A DNA stretch of 61,698 bases, from NCBI GenBank assembly GCA_015231435.1, contig JADGBN010000002.1:1-61698 (forward strand). Direction: 5' to 3'. Source of the stretch: Gammaproteobacteria bacterium (lineage in GTDB: Bacteria > Pseudomonadota > Gammaproteobacteria > Thiohalomonadales > Thiohalomonadaceae). Numbering within the stretch: the first letter of the stretch is position 1; the number at the start of each line of letters is the position of its first letter. The position numbers were made by a program, and so were the translations under genes. Shown piece by piece: positions 1 through 11,737 of this stretch. The notes beneath the pieces were generated by a model. The model did not search any database, was not told the DNA's origin, and saw only the letters and a list, made by a program, of their open reading frames with translations.

Positions 1-726
1 AGGGTTATTTTGAATCTCCTCACACCTCCCTTCTGCAAGGTAACTGCCATAGTCGAGCACCAGCAGACGATCTGAAACACTCATTACCAAATTCATATTG
101 TGTTCCACCAGCAGCACCGTAATGCCACGATCACGAATACGCTTAATTAGCGCGATCATCTCTGCCGACTCGGTATCGTTAAGCCCCGCCGCCGGCTCGT
201 CCATCATTAACAGCTGTGGCTCAACGGCCAAAGCCCGGGCAATTTCCAGCCGTTTTAACACCCCATAGGGAAGCGCATCGGCCGGCTCATTGCGATAAGC
301 AGAAAGGCCGCAAAAATCAAGCGCAGCATCCGCCCAGAGGTGAACCAGACGCTCCTCGCGACGCACTCGCGGCAGACGCAACAGCGCCTCAAGCAGACCG
401 CTCGCGGTGCGCAGATGACAACCCACCAACACATTTTCATGCACAGACATATTAAAAAATATCTGCAAATTCTGAAAGGTACGGGAGATCCCAGCAGCGG
501 CAATCAAATTCGGGGGGAGATGGGTGATCGGCTTTTTCTTAAAACGAATCACCCCCTCATCGACTCGGTAGATACCCGAAAGCATATTAAACAGGGTCGT
601 TTTACCGGCACCGTTGGGGCCAATCACCCCATAAACGAGACCCGCATCCACGGCAAAGCTCAGGTTCACAATGGCCGTCACACCGCCAAAGGATTTATAG
701 AGCCCCTCGACCTCCAGCAGCGCCAT
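1..726 (-). CDS. livG: ABC transporter ATP-binding protein, LivG-like (3' end runs off the window)
   Basis: Own translation of the minus strand from ATG at 726: MALLEVEGLYKSFGGVTAIVNLSF...GPNGAGKTTLFN (Walker A)...LLMMDEPAAGL (Walker B). The start lies 1 nt after the livM stop, and there is no stop before position 1. Confidence 0.85.
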   Translation of the reverse strand, partial: MALLEVEGLYKSFGGVTAIVNLSFAVDAGLVYGVIGPNGAGKTTLFNMLSGIYRVDEGVIRFKKKPITHLPPNLIAAAGISRTFQNLQIFFNMSVHENVLVGCHLRTASGLLEALLRLPRVRREERLVHLWADAALDFCGLSAYRNEPADALPYGVLKRLEIARALAVEPQLLMMDEPAAGLNDTESAEMIALIKRIRDRGITVLLVEHNMNLVMSVSDRLLVLDYGSYLAEGRCEEIQNNP

Positions 727-727
727 A

Positions 728-1678
728 CTAGGCGCCCCCCTGCCGCGCTGCCCACCAGCGACCTAGGCGCTGCTCTACCGCGACATAAAAACCCTGCGGC
801 AGGAAGATCATTGTCAGCATTAAAATGGCACCGAAGATCATCACCTCATAATCCTCAAAGACCACCAGCAGCTCCGGTAAAAAAGTGAGGGCAACGGCAC
901 CAAAAATTGCCCCATAGGTGGAGGCGAGTCCGCCAAGAACCACCATGGTGACCAACTCCACCGAAAAGAAGAAGCTAAACGATCCCGGACTAACAAATGC
1001 CTGCTGATGGGCAAAAAGCGAACCTGCGGCAGCCGCAAGCAGCGCTGCGAGAACAAAAATTTTACTTTTCATCACCGTCGTATCAATGCCCATGGTCTGG
1101 GCGGCGAACTCCGAGGTGTGCAGCGCCCGTAACGCCCTGCCACTGCGCGAACTGACGACGCTCAGATTAATCCATAACACCAGCAGCGCCGCCGCACTCA
1201 TCACCCCATACCAGCGCAGATCGCTATCGACCTGCCAACCCAACAGCGACAGCGGTGGAATATTGCTAATACCATCCGGGCCACCCGTAAGCCACCCGGT
1301 CTGTACTAATAATATGTTAATAATAATGCCAAAACCGAGCGTTGCCATCGCCAGATAGTGCCCCTTAAGCCGCAAAATAGGGCGCGAAATCAGGTAGGCA
1401 ACAACCCCGGTAAGCAGCAGACCCGCCACCATTGCCAAGAGCGGCCGCCACTCCCAACGCGTCGTCAGAATGGCTGAACTATAGGCACCCATACCAAAAA
1501 AGGCAGCATGACCTAACGATATCTGCCCCGCATAGCCCATTAACAGATTTAGGCTCATGGCGAGCATGGCATGCACCGCAGCAGTGGTGCCCACCACGGT
1601 GACGTAATAGTTATCCGGAAAGAGAAAAGGTAAAGCAATGGCGACAAGTGTCAGAAGGGAGAAACCGCGAAGTGGCAT
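728..1678 (-). CDS. livM: Branched-chain amino acid-type ABC transporter permease (LivM-like)
   Basis: 316-aa polytopic membrane ORF, tightly packed between the livH-like and livG-like genes. Confidence 0.8.
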   Translation of the reverse strand: MPLRGFSLLTLVAIALPFLFPDNYYVTVVGTTAAVHAMLAMSLNLLMGYAGQISLGHAAFFGMGAYSSAILTTRWEWRPLLAMVAGLLLTGVVAYLISRPILRLKGHYLAMATLGFGIIINILLVQTGWLTGGPDGISNIPPLSLLGWQVDSDLRWYGVMSAAALLVLWINLSVVSSRSGRALRALHTSEFAAQTMGIDTTVMKSKIFVLAALLAAAAGSLFAHQQAFVSPGSFSFFFSVELVTMVVLGGLASTYGAIFGAVALTFLPELLVVFEDYEVMIFGAILMLTMIFLPQGFYVAVEQRLGRWWAARQGGA

Positions 1679-1681
1679 CGG

Positions 1682-2560
1682 CTACACCCGCTCGGCGCTA
1701 GTTTTGCCGAAAATACCGCCGGGGCGGAAGAAGAGAACCAGAAGAAGAATAAGAAAACCGATGGCGTCTTTATAACCTGAAGAGATATATCCCGCCGACA
1801 GCGACTCAATCAACCCCAGCAACACCCCACCAGCAACCGCGCCCATCGGACTCCCCATACCGCCAAGAATCGCCGCTGAGAACCCCTTTAAACCGAGCAT
1901 CACCCCCGCATCGTAGGAGGTATAGGCAATCGGGGCGATAAGAATACCGGCAACGGCTCCCAAAAAAGCTGAAAGCGCATAAGCAATGAGCATCATCATG
2001 CCGACATTTATCCCCATTAACGCCGCCGCCGTGCGATTGTAGGAGCACGCCAGCACCGCTTTACCGCTGCGCGTATGCTGAAAAAAGTAGTGCACCGCCA
2101 ACACCAGCAGCAGCGCGCCAATCATCACCACAAGATTTTGTGGTAACAGCGTCGCACTTCCCAAGACAATGGGAGACTCCGAGAAGAAGTGGGGTAACTG
2201 CTTAATCTCCTTACCCCAGACAACCAACGCCACGCCACGCAAAAAAATCGACGCACCGATGGTGATAATGATCATCGCCACCACCGTCGCACCCCGCGAA
2301 CGCGCAATGGCAAAGCGCTGTAGCGCCATCCCCACTAGGATGGTCAACCCCACCGCAAGAAGCACCGCCAGCGGTAACGGCAAGCCGCTGTTACCACTGA
2401 GAAATACCGTGCTCATCGCGCCGATCATGACAAACTCCCCCTGAGCAAAGTTAACCACATCGGAGGCGTTGTAGATAATCGCAAAACCGAGGGCGACCAG
2501 TGCATAGGTTGCACCGATGGTCACCCCGGTAATCAAAAGTTGTGGTAACTGATCCCACAT
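1682..2560 (-). CDS. livH: Branched-chain amino acid-type ABC transporter permease (LivH-like)
   Basis: 292-aa hydrophobic ORF with a LivH-like N-terminus (LPQLLITGVTIGATYALVALGFAIIYN). Operon position is between the binding protein and livM. Confidence 0.8.
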   Translation of the reverse strand: MWDQLPQLLITGVTIGATYALVALGFAIIYNASDVVNFAQGEFVMIGAMSTVFLSGNSGLPLPLAVLLAVGLTILVGMALQRFAIARSRGATVVAMIIITIGASIFLRGVALVVWGKEIKQLPHFFSESPIVLGSATLLPQNLVVMIGALLLVLAVHYFFQHTRSGKAVLACSYNRTAAALMGINVGMMMLIAYALSAFLGAVAGILIAPIAYTSYDAGVMLGLKGFSAAILGGMGSPMGAVAGGVLLGLIESLSAGYISSGYKDAIGFLILLLVLFFRPGGIFGKTSAERV

Positions 2561-2590
2561 AGCGCTGACACTAACCCTAATGACAAGTGG

Positions 2591-3751
2591 TTAGTTAATA
2601 ATAGACCAGTCGCCACCCTTAATTTCCAACATCTTAAAGGCATCGACTGTCAACCCCATGTGATCTGTGGGGGTCATATTAAAAACGCCAGCAGTTCCCA
2701 TAAAACCTTTGGTCTTCTCTATCTCGTCACGCACTTTAGCCTTATCAGCAGAACCTGCACGCTGCATCGCCGCAACAGCAATCATCAGCGCATCGTAGGC
2801 ATGACCGCCAAAAGTAGAGACCGCACTGCCATACTTATTCTCATACTTGCTGATGTAATCAACCAATACCAGTTTTTGCGGATCTTTATCATCCAGTTTA
2901 TCCGCTACCAGCAGCGCCGCAGCAGGCAGACGCACCCCCTCTGCAGCATCACCAGAGAGTTCGATATAGGTTTTCGAGGCAACCCCGTGTGACTGATAGA
3001 GCGGCAGATCAATGCCCAACTGCCGCACATTCTTGGTGACAATCGCAGGCCCGGTGCCAAAACCAAAGTTTAGAATCGCCTCGGCACTGCTGCCACGAAT
3101 TTTAGAGAGTTGTGCAGTGACATCAGTATCCTTGGCACCGTAACTCTCATCAATGACCACCTCAATGCCATGCTTGGGTGCCAGCAGTAACGACTGCTCA
3201 CGACCTGACTTGCCAAAGCCGCCATCACCACTAATTAGGGCGATCTTGCTAATGCCGCGCTGATTCATATCGGCAAAAATCCGCTCCGCCGCCATGCGAT
3301 CGGTATGGGGCACCTTAAAGACCCAGGGTTTAACCGGTTCAATAATCGAGACCGCACCGGCAAGTGAGATAAAAGGGATCTTCTCCTCTTCAACGGTAGG
3401 GATCACCGCCATCGAAGTGCCGCTAGTACTGCCGCCAATAATGATGTCAACCTCATCTTTTTTAATCAGTCGCTTAACGAAGTTAACCGCTTTTTTAGCA
3501 TCCCCTGCGGTGTCATAGTGAACCAACTCAAGCTGCTTGCCATTGACTCCGCCTGCGGCATTAATCTGCTCAACATAGAGTTGTAATGTTTTTAGCTCCG
3601 GATCACCCAAAAAGGAGGCACCACCGGTCACCGCGAGAAATGATCCAATTTTAATACTATCCTTGGCAAGCAGTGCCTCAACGGGCGCCAGAGTAAGCGC
3701 AAAGCTGGAAAAAACTGCCGCAGCAAGCGCAACGCGATTAGCTATTTTCAT
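2591..3751 (-). CDS. Periplasmic substrate-binding protein of the LivK/LivJ (type I PBP) family
   Basis: 386 aa with a signal peptide (MKIANRVALAAAVFSSFALTLAP). First gene of the liv-type operon. The substrate cannot be determined from the sequence. Confidence 0.75.
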   Translation of the reverse strand: MKIANRVALAAAVFSSFALTLAPVEALLAKDSIKIGSFLAVTGGASFLGDPELKTLQLYVEQINAAGGVNGKQLELVHYDTAGDAKKAVNFVKRLIKKDEVDIIIGGSTSGTSMAVIPTVEEEKIPFISLAGAVSIIEPVKPWVFKVPHTDRMAAERIFADMNQRGISKIALISGDGGFGKSGREQSLLLAPKHGIEVVIDESYGAKDTDVTAQLSKIRGSSAEAILNFGFGTGPAIVTKNVRQLGIDLPLYQSHGVASKTYIELSGDAAEGVRLPAAALLVADKLDDKDPQKLVLVDYISKYENKYGSAVSTFGGHAYDALMIAVAAMQRAGSADKAKVRDEIEKTKGFMGTAGVFNMTPTDHMGLTVDAFKMLEIKGGDWSIIN

Positions 3752-3948
3752 AAAGATTCCCCTAGTAAACAGATTAAAAAAACAGTGCTTAAAATAATCA
3801 TTTGACTATCGCTACCGGTAACAGAAGCGACTTTCATTATACCTGACAGGGCTAAAAAAACACCTCCCCTCTACCGTTCAATCCCCTGCCCACACCCCTG
3901 CAGATAGTGATAGGATAACCTGTACAAGCATATTACAATAGCGGAATA

Positions 3949-6900
3949 ATGCCACAAAAACCCATTACCAAGCGACCGATAAACCTTCGCCATCTGTTAT
4001 TAATCGTAACGGTAACCGTTCTTTTTTCTGTTGCTGCAGCGCTACTTATCATAAAAAAATATGATGACGACATCGCTTTTGTCGCACAGGAGATCACTGC
4101 CCTCGACCAGATAAATAGCCTCTTTATCGACATCCCCCGCATTCAGGACTGCCGCAGCTACCGCCAGCGCCGCCTTGCCGGTCTCGCTGTTCCCACCGGG
4201 TGGTGTACGCAGATGCATCAAACGCTCAGGGGGCGCTTTGGCGACAAAATCAGGGTGCTAACACCTAAGCTTGCCGATCAATTACGCTATGTCCGTGACA
4301 ATCTTGATGCGCTCTTTATCGAAGCGGATGATCTCGACCAGCCGCTACGTCAGTTTGCTGCCTACAACCATCAGATTGAAGTGCTGATAAAACTGATTCG
4401 GGATATTGCTGACCACGGCAATCTGACCTTTGATAGCACCGTTGACAGCCACTATCTGGCAAGAGTGTTGGTACATTCGCTGCCTGATATTTCAGAAAGT
4501 ATCGCTACCCTCAGGGGGCTCTTGACCTACGCATTTACCGGTGCGCCACAAATGGCGCGGGTAGCCCCGCTCATCCGGCAACAGATTGAACGGTTCCATC
4601 TCCATATTATCGATTATGACCGCTCCATTTATGTGCTGAGTCAGCAGGCCGACCCGGTGACGGTTAATATCGTCCGTCAGTTTGATCTCTGGCTGACCCA
4701 TACCAACAGCTATCTTGAACGCGTCACCACAACGCTTGATAACCAAACTATCGACAGTGAAATTGACAATTCGCTGTTTCTTGATGCCACCGCCGTACTG
4801 GATGAGTTTGACAGCAACCGCCAAATCATTAACAGTCGCCTTAACTCACTGTTAGACGAACGCAAAAAAGATCTCCTCCATGATCGCAATTTAGTCATCC
4901 TCCTGACACTCTTTGCGGTGATCTTTCTGCAGGCACTCTTCTACTGGTTCTATCGCCATATCCGACGCATCTTTAACTCACTGGAGAACACCCAGCAACG
5001 CTTGGTGTTAAGCGAATCACGTCACCAATCAACTTTTCATGCGGTTGTTGACGGCATTGTCATTATTAATGAGTACGGCATTATCGTTGATGCCAACCCG
5101 GCGACAAGCAAACTTTTTGGTTTTCCCCTTAAGGAGATAGTCGGGCGTAATGTCTCGATACTGATGCCATCCCCCTACAAGGAGGAGCACGATGGTTATC
5201 TCGCACACTATCGCAACGGCCAGTCGGCACGCATTATCGGTATCGGGCGTGAGGTGACAGGGCAGCGTAAAGATGGCTCTATTTTTCCAATGGTGCTCTC
5301 CGTCAGCGAATTTCACAGTGAGGGGCAGCGTTACTTTACCGGGTTGGTACACGACATCACGGCGCAAAAAGCCGCTGTTGATGAGATCCTCAATGCCCAT
5401 CACCAGCTCGAGACCAGGGTCGAGGAGCGGACAACAGAACTCAGTCAAGCTAACCAAGAGCTGCACGAACTCATTATCGAACGTAACCGCAGTGTCGATC
5501 AACTTCGCCTCTTTGCCAAGGTTTTTGAAAATGCTGGCGAGGCGATCATTATTACTGATGCGAATCAACGTATTCTCAATGCCAATGCCACCTTTAGCAA
5601 AATTACCGGCTACAGCCGCGCCGAGGCATTGGGGCTGCACCCGAAAAACTTCAGTTCAGGACGTCACGATGCACTCTTCTATCAAAAAATGTGGCAGCAG
5701 ATTAATAGCCAGGGCTTCTGGCAGGGCGAGGTTTGGGATAAACGCAAAAATGGTGAAATTTACCCCAAGCGGTTGAGCATTAACGTTGTTAATGACGAGA
5801 AGGGTAAAGTGACCCACTATGTCGGCATCTTTAGCGACATTACCATTCTTAAAAGTACCGAGGAGCAGCTGCAGAACCTTGCCTACTGCGACCCGCTGAC
5901 TGAGCTCAACAACCGCACGATGTTCCACATTTTGCTAAATAACACCTACGAAAGTGCGCGTCGTGAAAAGAGCCGTTTCGCCCTGCTCTTTATCGACCTT
6001 GACCGCTTCAAAATGGTCAACGATACCCTTGGCCACACCATGGGCGACCAGCTGCTAGTTATCATCGCCAAACGGCTGCGGCAGTGTCTGCGTAAAAGTG
6101 ACACCATCTCGCGCATCGGTGGTGATGAGTTTACCGCTATCCTGCCAAACATCCACCGCACCGATCAGGTGGCTGATGTGGCACTCAAAATTATTAACGA
6201 AGTCTCGCAACCCGTACTGCTCAACGATAACGAGGTGAATGTCGGCTCCAGCATCGGCATTAGCATCTTCCCTGATGACGGTGAAGATATCGAAACCCTG
6301 ACCAAACATGCTGATATCGCCATGTATAAGGTAAAAGAGAGCGGCCGCAACAGCTTCCGTTTTTTTGACGCCTCAATGAATGATGAGTCGGTGCAGCGCA
6401 TGCGCATGGAGCGCAAACTCCGATACGCACTTGAAAATAACCAGTTTTCCCTCTTCTATCAGGCCAAGGTTGATGCCAACAGCAACATCATTACCGGTGC
6501 CGAGGCGCTGCTGCGCTGGATTGATGAAGAGGATGGTTTTATTCCTCCCGACCGCTTTATCCCCGTTGCTGAGGATAGCGGCCTGATTCTGCCGCTGGGT
6601 GAGTGGGTTATTCGTGATGCCTGTCGGCAACTGCAACTCTGGAACAACAGCGGGCTGCACACCCCGCCGCTGCAGATAGCCGTCAACCTCTCCCCTTTAC
6701 AGTTCCAGCAACCCTCCCTATGTGAAACCGTGGCTGCAATTATGCAGGAGTACGAGACCGCCAAAGGGACGCTCTGCATTGAGGTCACCGAGAGTATGAT
6801 TCTCTACGACATTAACAAAGTCATCGCGATTCTTAATGACTTCCGTAATATGGGGGTACAGATCTCCCTCGATGACTTTGGCACCGGTTACTCCTCCCTT

Positions 6901-7185
6901 GCTCACCTTAAGCGCCTGCCGCTTGACCATATTAAGATAGACCGCTCCTTCGTTCGCGATATAGAGAGCGATAGTGATGATGCTGCCATTGTCGCGGCGA
7001 TCATCTCGATGAGCCACCGCCTCGGCCTGAAAGTGATTGCCGAAGGGGTAGAGAGTAAAGAGCAGCTTAACTACCTGCGCGAACTTCACTGCGATCAGAT
7101 TCAGGGTTACTACATTAGCCGTCCCCTCCCCGCACACCAGTTTGCAGAGTTCGTCTACAACGCCGAGCACCCGCCCAGCGAGTGA
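3949..7185 (+). CDS. Membrane sensor, diguanylate cyclase/phosphodiesterase (TM - helical sensor domain - TM - PAS - PAS - GGDEF - EAL)
   Basis: 1078-aa ORF with two hydrophobic segments bracketing a ~300-aa helical region. GGDEF is intact (SRIGGDEF) with an RKSD I-site 5 aa upstream. EAL motifs EALLRW and DDFGTGYSSL are present. Confidence 0.85.
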   Translation: MPQKPITKRPINLRHLLLIVTVTVLFSVAAALLIIKKYDDDIAFVAQEITALDQINSLFIDIPRIQDCRSYRQRRLAGLAVPTGWCTQMHQTLRGRFGDKIRVLTPKLADQLRYVRDNLDALFIEADDLDQPLRQFAAYNHQIEVLIKLIRDIADHGNLTFDSTVDSHYLARVLVHSLPDISESIATLRGLLTYAFTGAPQMARVAPLIRQQIERFHLHIIDYDRSIYVLSQQADPVTVNIVRQFDLWLTHTNSYLERVTTTLDNQTIDSEIDNSLFLDATAVLDEFDSNRQIINSRLNSLLDERKKDLLHDRNLVILLTLFAVIFLQALFYWFYRHIRRIFNSLENTQQRLVLSESRHQSTFHAVVDGIVIINEYGIIVDANPATSKLFGFPLKEIVGRNVSILMPSPYKEEHDGYLAHYRNGQSARIIGIGREVTGQRKDGSIFPMVLSVSEFHSEGQRYFTGLVHDITAQKAAVDEILNAHHQLETRVEERTTELSQANQELHELIIERNRSVDQLRLFAKVFENAGEAIIITDANQRILNANATFSKITGYSRAEALGLHPKNFSSGRHDALFYQKMWQQINSQGFWQGEVWDKRKNGEIYPKRLSINVVNDEKGKVTHYVGIFSDITILKSTEEQLQNLAYCDPLTELNNRTMFHILLNNTYESARREKSRFALLFIDLDRFKMVNDTLGHTMGDQLLVIIAKRLRQCLRKSDTISRIGGDEFTAILPNIHRTDQVADVALKIINEVSQPVLLNDNEVNVGSSIGISIFPDDGEDIETLTKHADIAMYKVKESGRNSFRFFDASMNDESVQRMRMERKLRYALENNQFSLFYQAKVDANSNIITGAEALLRWIDEEDGFIPPDRFIPVAEDSGLILPLGEWVIRDACRQLQLWNNSGLHTPPLQIAVNLSPLQFQQPSLCETVAAIMQEYETAKGTLCIEVTESMILYDINKVIAILNDFRNMGVQISLDDFGTGYSSLAHLKRLPLDHIKIDRSFVRDIESDSDDAAIVAAIISMSHRLGLKVIAEGVESKEQLNYLRELHCDQIQGYYISRPLPAHQFAEFVYNAEHPPSE

Positions 7186-7198
7186 GAGAAAAGAGAAT

Positions 7199-8341
7199 AT
7201 GACGACCATTATGATTAGCGCCGGAGAGGCATCCGGTGATCAACATGGCGCCCTGTTAGTGCGTGAGGCGCTAAAACTAAACCCCGAACTCACCTTTTTT
7301 GGTATGGGCGGGGCAGAGATGCGGACGGCTGGGGTTGAGACCCTTGTCGATGCGGCCGATATGGCGGTGGTCGGTTTTGTCGAGGTACTGCTACGCTATC
7401 GCCAACTGGCGGCGGTACTAGAAAAAATGCGGCAACTGTTGCAGCAGCGGCGTCCCGATCTGCTCATTCTTGTTGACTACCCCGATTTCAATCTGCGCCT
7501 CGCGGCAACGGCCAAAGCAGCAGGCATTAAAGTGCTGCACTATATCAGCCCCCAGGTCTGGGCGTGGCGGCGCGGACGGGTCAAAATGATTGGCGATCGC
7601 GTTGACCACATGGCGGTACTCTTCCCCTTTGAGGTACCTATCTACCAAACGGCGGGAATTCCCGTCACCTTTATTGGTCACTCACTGGTTGATGAGGTGG
7701 GCTCCCCCCTTAGCGAAGCGGCGGCAAAAAGCCGCTTTGGGGTTAATGATGCCACCGCAGTGGTTGGACTTTTCCCCGGCAGTCGGCGCAGTGAAATTAA
7801 GGCATTACTCCCCCTGCTGCTGGAGAGTGCGCGACAAATTGCCAAAAGCGCACCCCATACCGCTTTTCTGCTGCCCCTCGCCTCAACCCTCAACGATAGC
7901 GATATCGCCCTAATCAAAGCCTATCCCGATCTGCGTCTTAAGGTGATTCGCGGCGAACTCTACCCCCTCATGCGCGCCTCTGATGTCGTCGTGACCGCCT
8001 CGGGAACCGTCACCCTTGAGCTTGCGCTCATGGAGGTGCCGCTAATAGTTATCTACCGCGTCGCGGCGCTGAGCTATTTTTTCATGTCGCGTCTTATTCA
8101 GGTTGACCATATCGCCCTGTGCAACATTGTCGCCGAGCAGCGTATCGCTCCCGAGCTCATTCAACAGGAGGCGTCGGTCGCCAATATTACCCGCCATCTG
8201 CAACAGCTGTTAAACGATCCGCAGGGACGTCAAACCATGCGTAACGCCCTAAAAACCGTCCGCCAGCGCCTCGGTTCAGGTGGTGCCGCGAAACGCATTG
8301 CCGCCCTCACCGTCGCCATGGCCGACAATCAGCCGCTTTAA
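7199..8341 (+). CDS. lpxB: Lipid-A-disaccharide synthase
   Basis: MTTIMISAGEASGDQHGALL... matches the LpxB N-terminal pattern. 380 aa from ATG 7199. The track ORF start at 7142 overlaps the upstream gene and is not needed. Confidence 0.85.
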   Translation: MTTIMISAGEASGDQHGALLVREALKLNPELTFFGMGGAEMRTAGVETLVDAADMAVVGFVEVLLRYRQLAAVLEKMRQLLQQRRPDLLILVDYPDFNLRLAATAKAAGIKVLHYISPQVWAWRRGRVKMIGDRVDHMAVLFPFEVPIYQTAGIPVTFIGHSLVDEVGSPLSEAAAKSRFGVNDATAVVGLFPGSRRSEIKALLPLLLESARQIAKSAPHTAFLLPLASTLNDSDIALIKAYPDLRLKVIRGELYPLMRASDVVVTASGTVTLELALMEVPLIVIYRVAALSYFFMSRLIQVDHIALCNIVAEQRIAPELIQQEASVANITRHLQQLLNDPQGRQTMRNALKTVRQRLGSGGAAKRIAALTVAMADNQPL

Positions 8342-8444
8342 TCCATCAGATGGCTATCAGCCTGCGTTAGCGCTTTGGGTTACCGCAAACCAGCTGTTTT
8401 AATATAGAATTACTTACTCCCTGACAACCTGATGAAATCTCACT

Positions 8445-10932
<2,488 letters not shown>

Positions 10933-10953
10933 CGCCACCGATTTAACGCCACC

Positions 10954-11520
10954 GTGCTGGCCAATATCCTACTCTTCACGCCGCCCGCTCAGGCTCCCCT
11001 GCCGCCAACAGGGGAGATTATCACCACGTTGCAGGCAATCGACTTTATCGGCGAACCCTATCCCGACAGAATCGGGATCGACTATCAACCCGGTACGGCA
11101 CTGATGCAACACCTCACCTTTCTCGGCTGCTCCCCCGCCCTTGCCCTCGGTGCACCGGGGATTAATGGTGACGCCTACTGCCACATTGAACTGCTTGGCC
11201 CCCTTGCTACGCCACGTTTTATTTTTGGTGAAAACTTGAAACCGATCGCCTGTCCCCACTGCCGTGAACGTCTGAGCGCAACCCTGATTAAAAACAGTGT
11301 CGATAACCTTGCCACCCTCACCTGCCCCCACTGCCAGCAGCGCGCTCCCGCAGCGACGATAAACTGGCGCAAAAGCGCCGGCTGTAGCCGTCTGTTTATT
11401 AAAGTATGGGGGATCTTTGATAGTGAAGCGATTCCCAACGACTCACTGCTAACCCCCCTTGGCCAACTGACCGATAACATCGCTTGGTCCTATTTTTACT
11501 ATCGTGGTCACCCCTTTTAG
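10954..11520 (+). CDS. Hypothetical protein with a Cys4 (CPHC...CPHC) zinc-ribbon-like motif
   Basis: 188-aa ORF with host-like composition. It contains CPHCRERL and CPHCQQRA about 25 aa apart. I recognise no family. Confidence 0.5.
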   Translation: MLANILLFTPPAQAPLPPTGEIITTLQAIDFIGEPYPDRIGIDYQPGTALMQHLTFLGCSPALALGAPGINGDAYCHIELLGPLATPRFIFGENLKPIACPHCRERLSATLIKNSVDNLATLTCPHCQQRAPAATINWRKSAGCSRLFIKVWGIFDSEAIPNDSLLTPLGQLTDNIAWSYFYYRGHPF

Positions 11521-11737
11521 TCCCCCTGTCTCTCCCGTTTATTTTTTTGCGTCACCCACACTCTTCAGGTAAAATCATAGCCTTCCGTATCCCTTAGTGC
11601 CTTGGCCGTTATCAGAAAAACGGCTCGTTTACTCACCCCCTGTTCCTAACCAAGCTGCTCAATAGCTTGCCCGGTGGTGGTGTGCCAACCTAAAGCAGGA
11701 GTCCTTCTCCTGTGTTCGTGAACTTAAGGAGCCATGA

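Noticed and set aside
7142-7198. Longer N-terminal extensions given by the ORF track (7142 lpxB, 9499 purB, 33257 cysZ, 36409 lpxA, 45892 frr, 15135 norC, 17088 norE, 22016 GGDEF-EAL, 26371 cytochrome)
   Set aside because: The extensions overlap upstream genes or add non-conserved residues. Internal ATGs give canonical N-termini and lengths, several with RBS or ATGA coupling.
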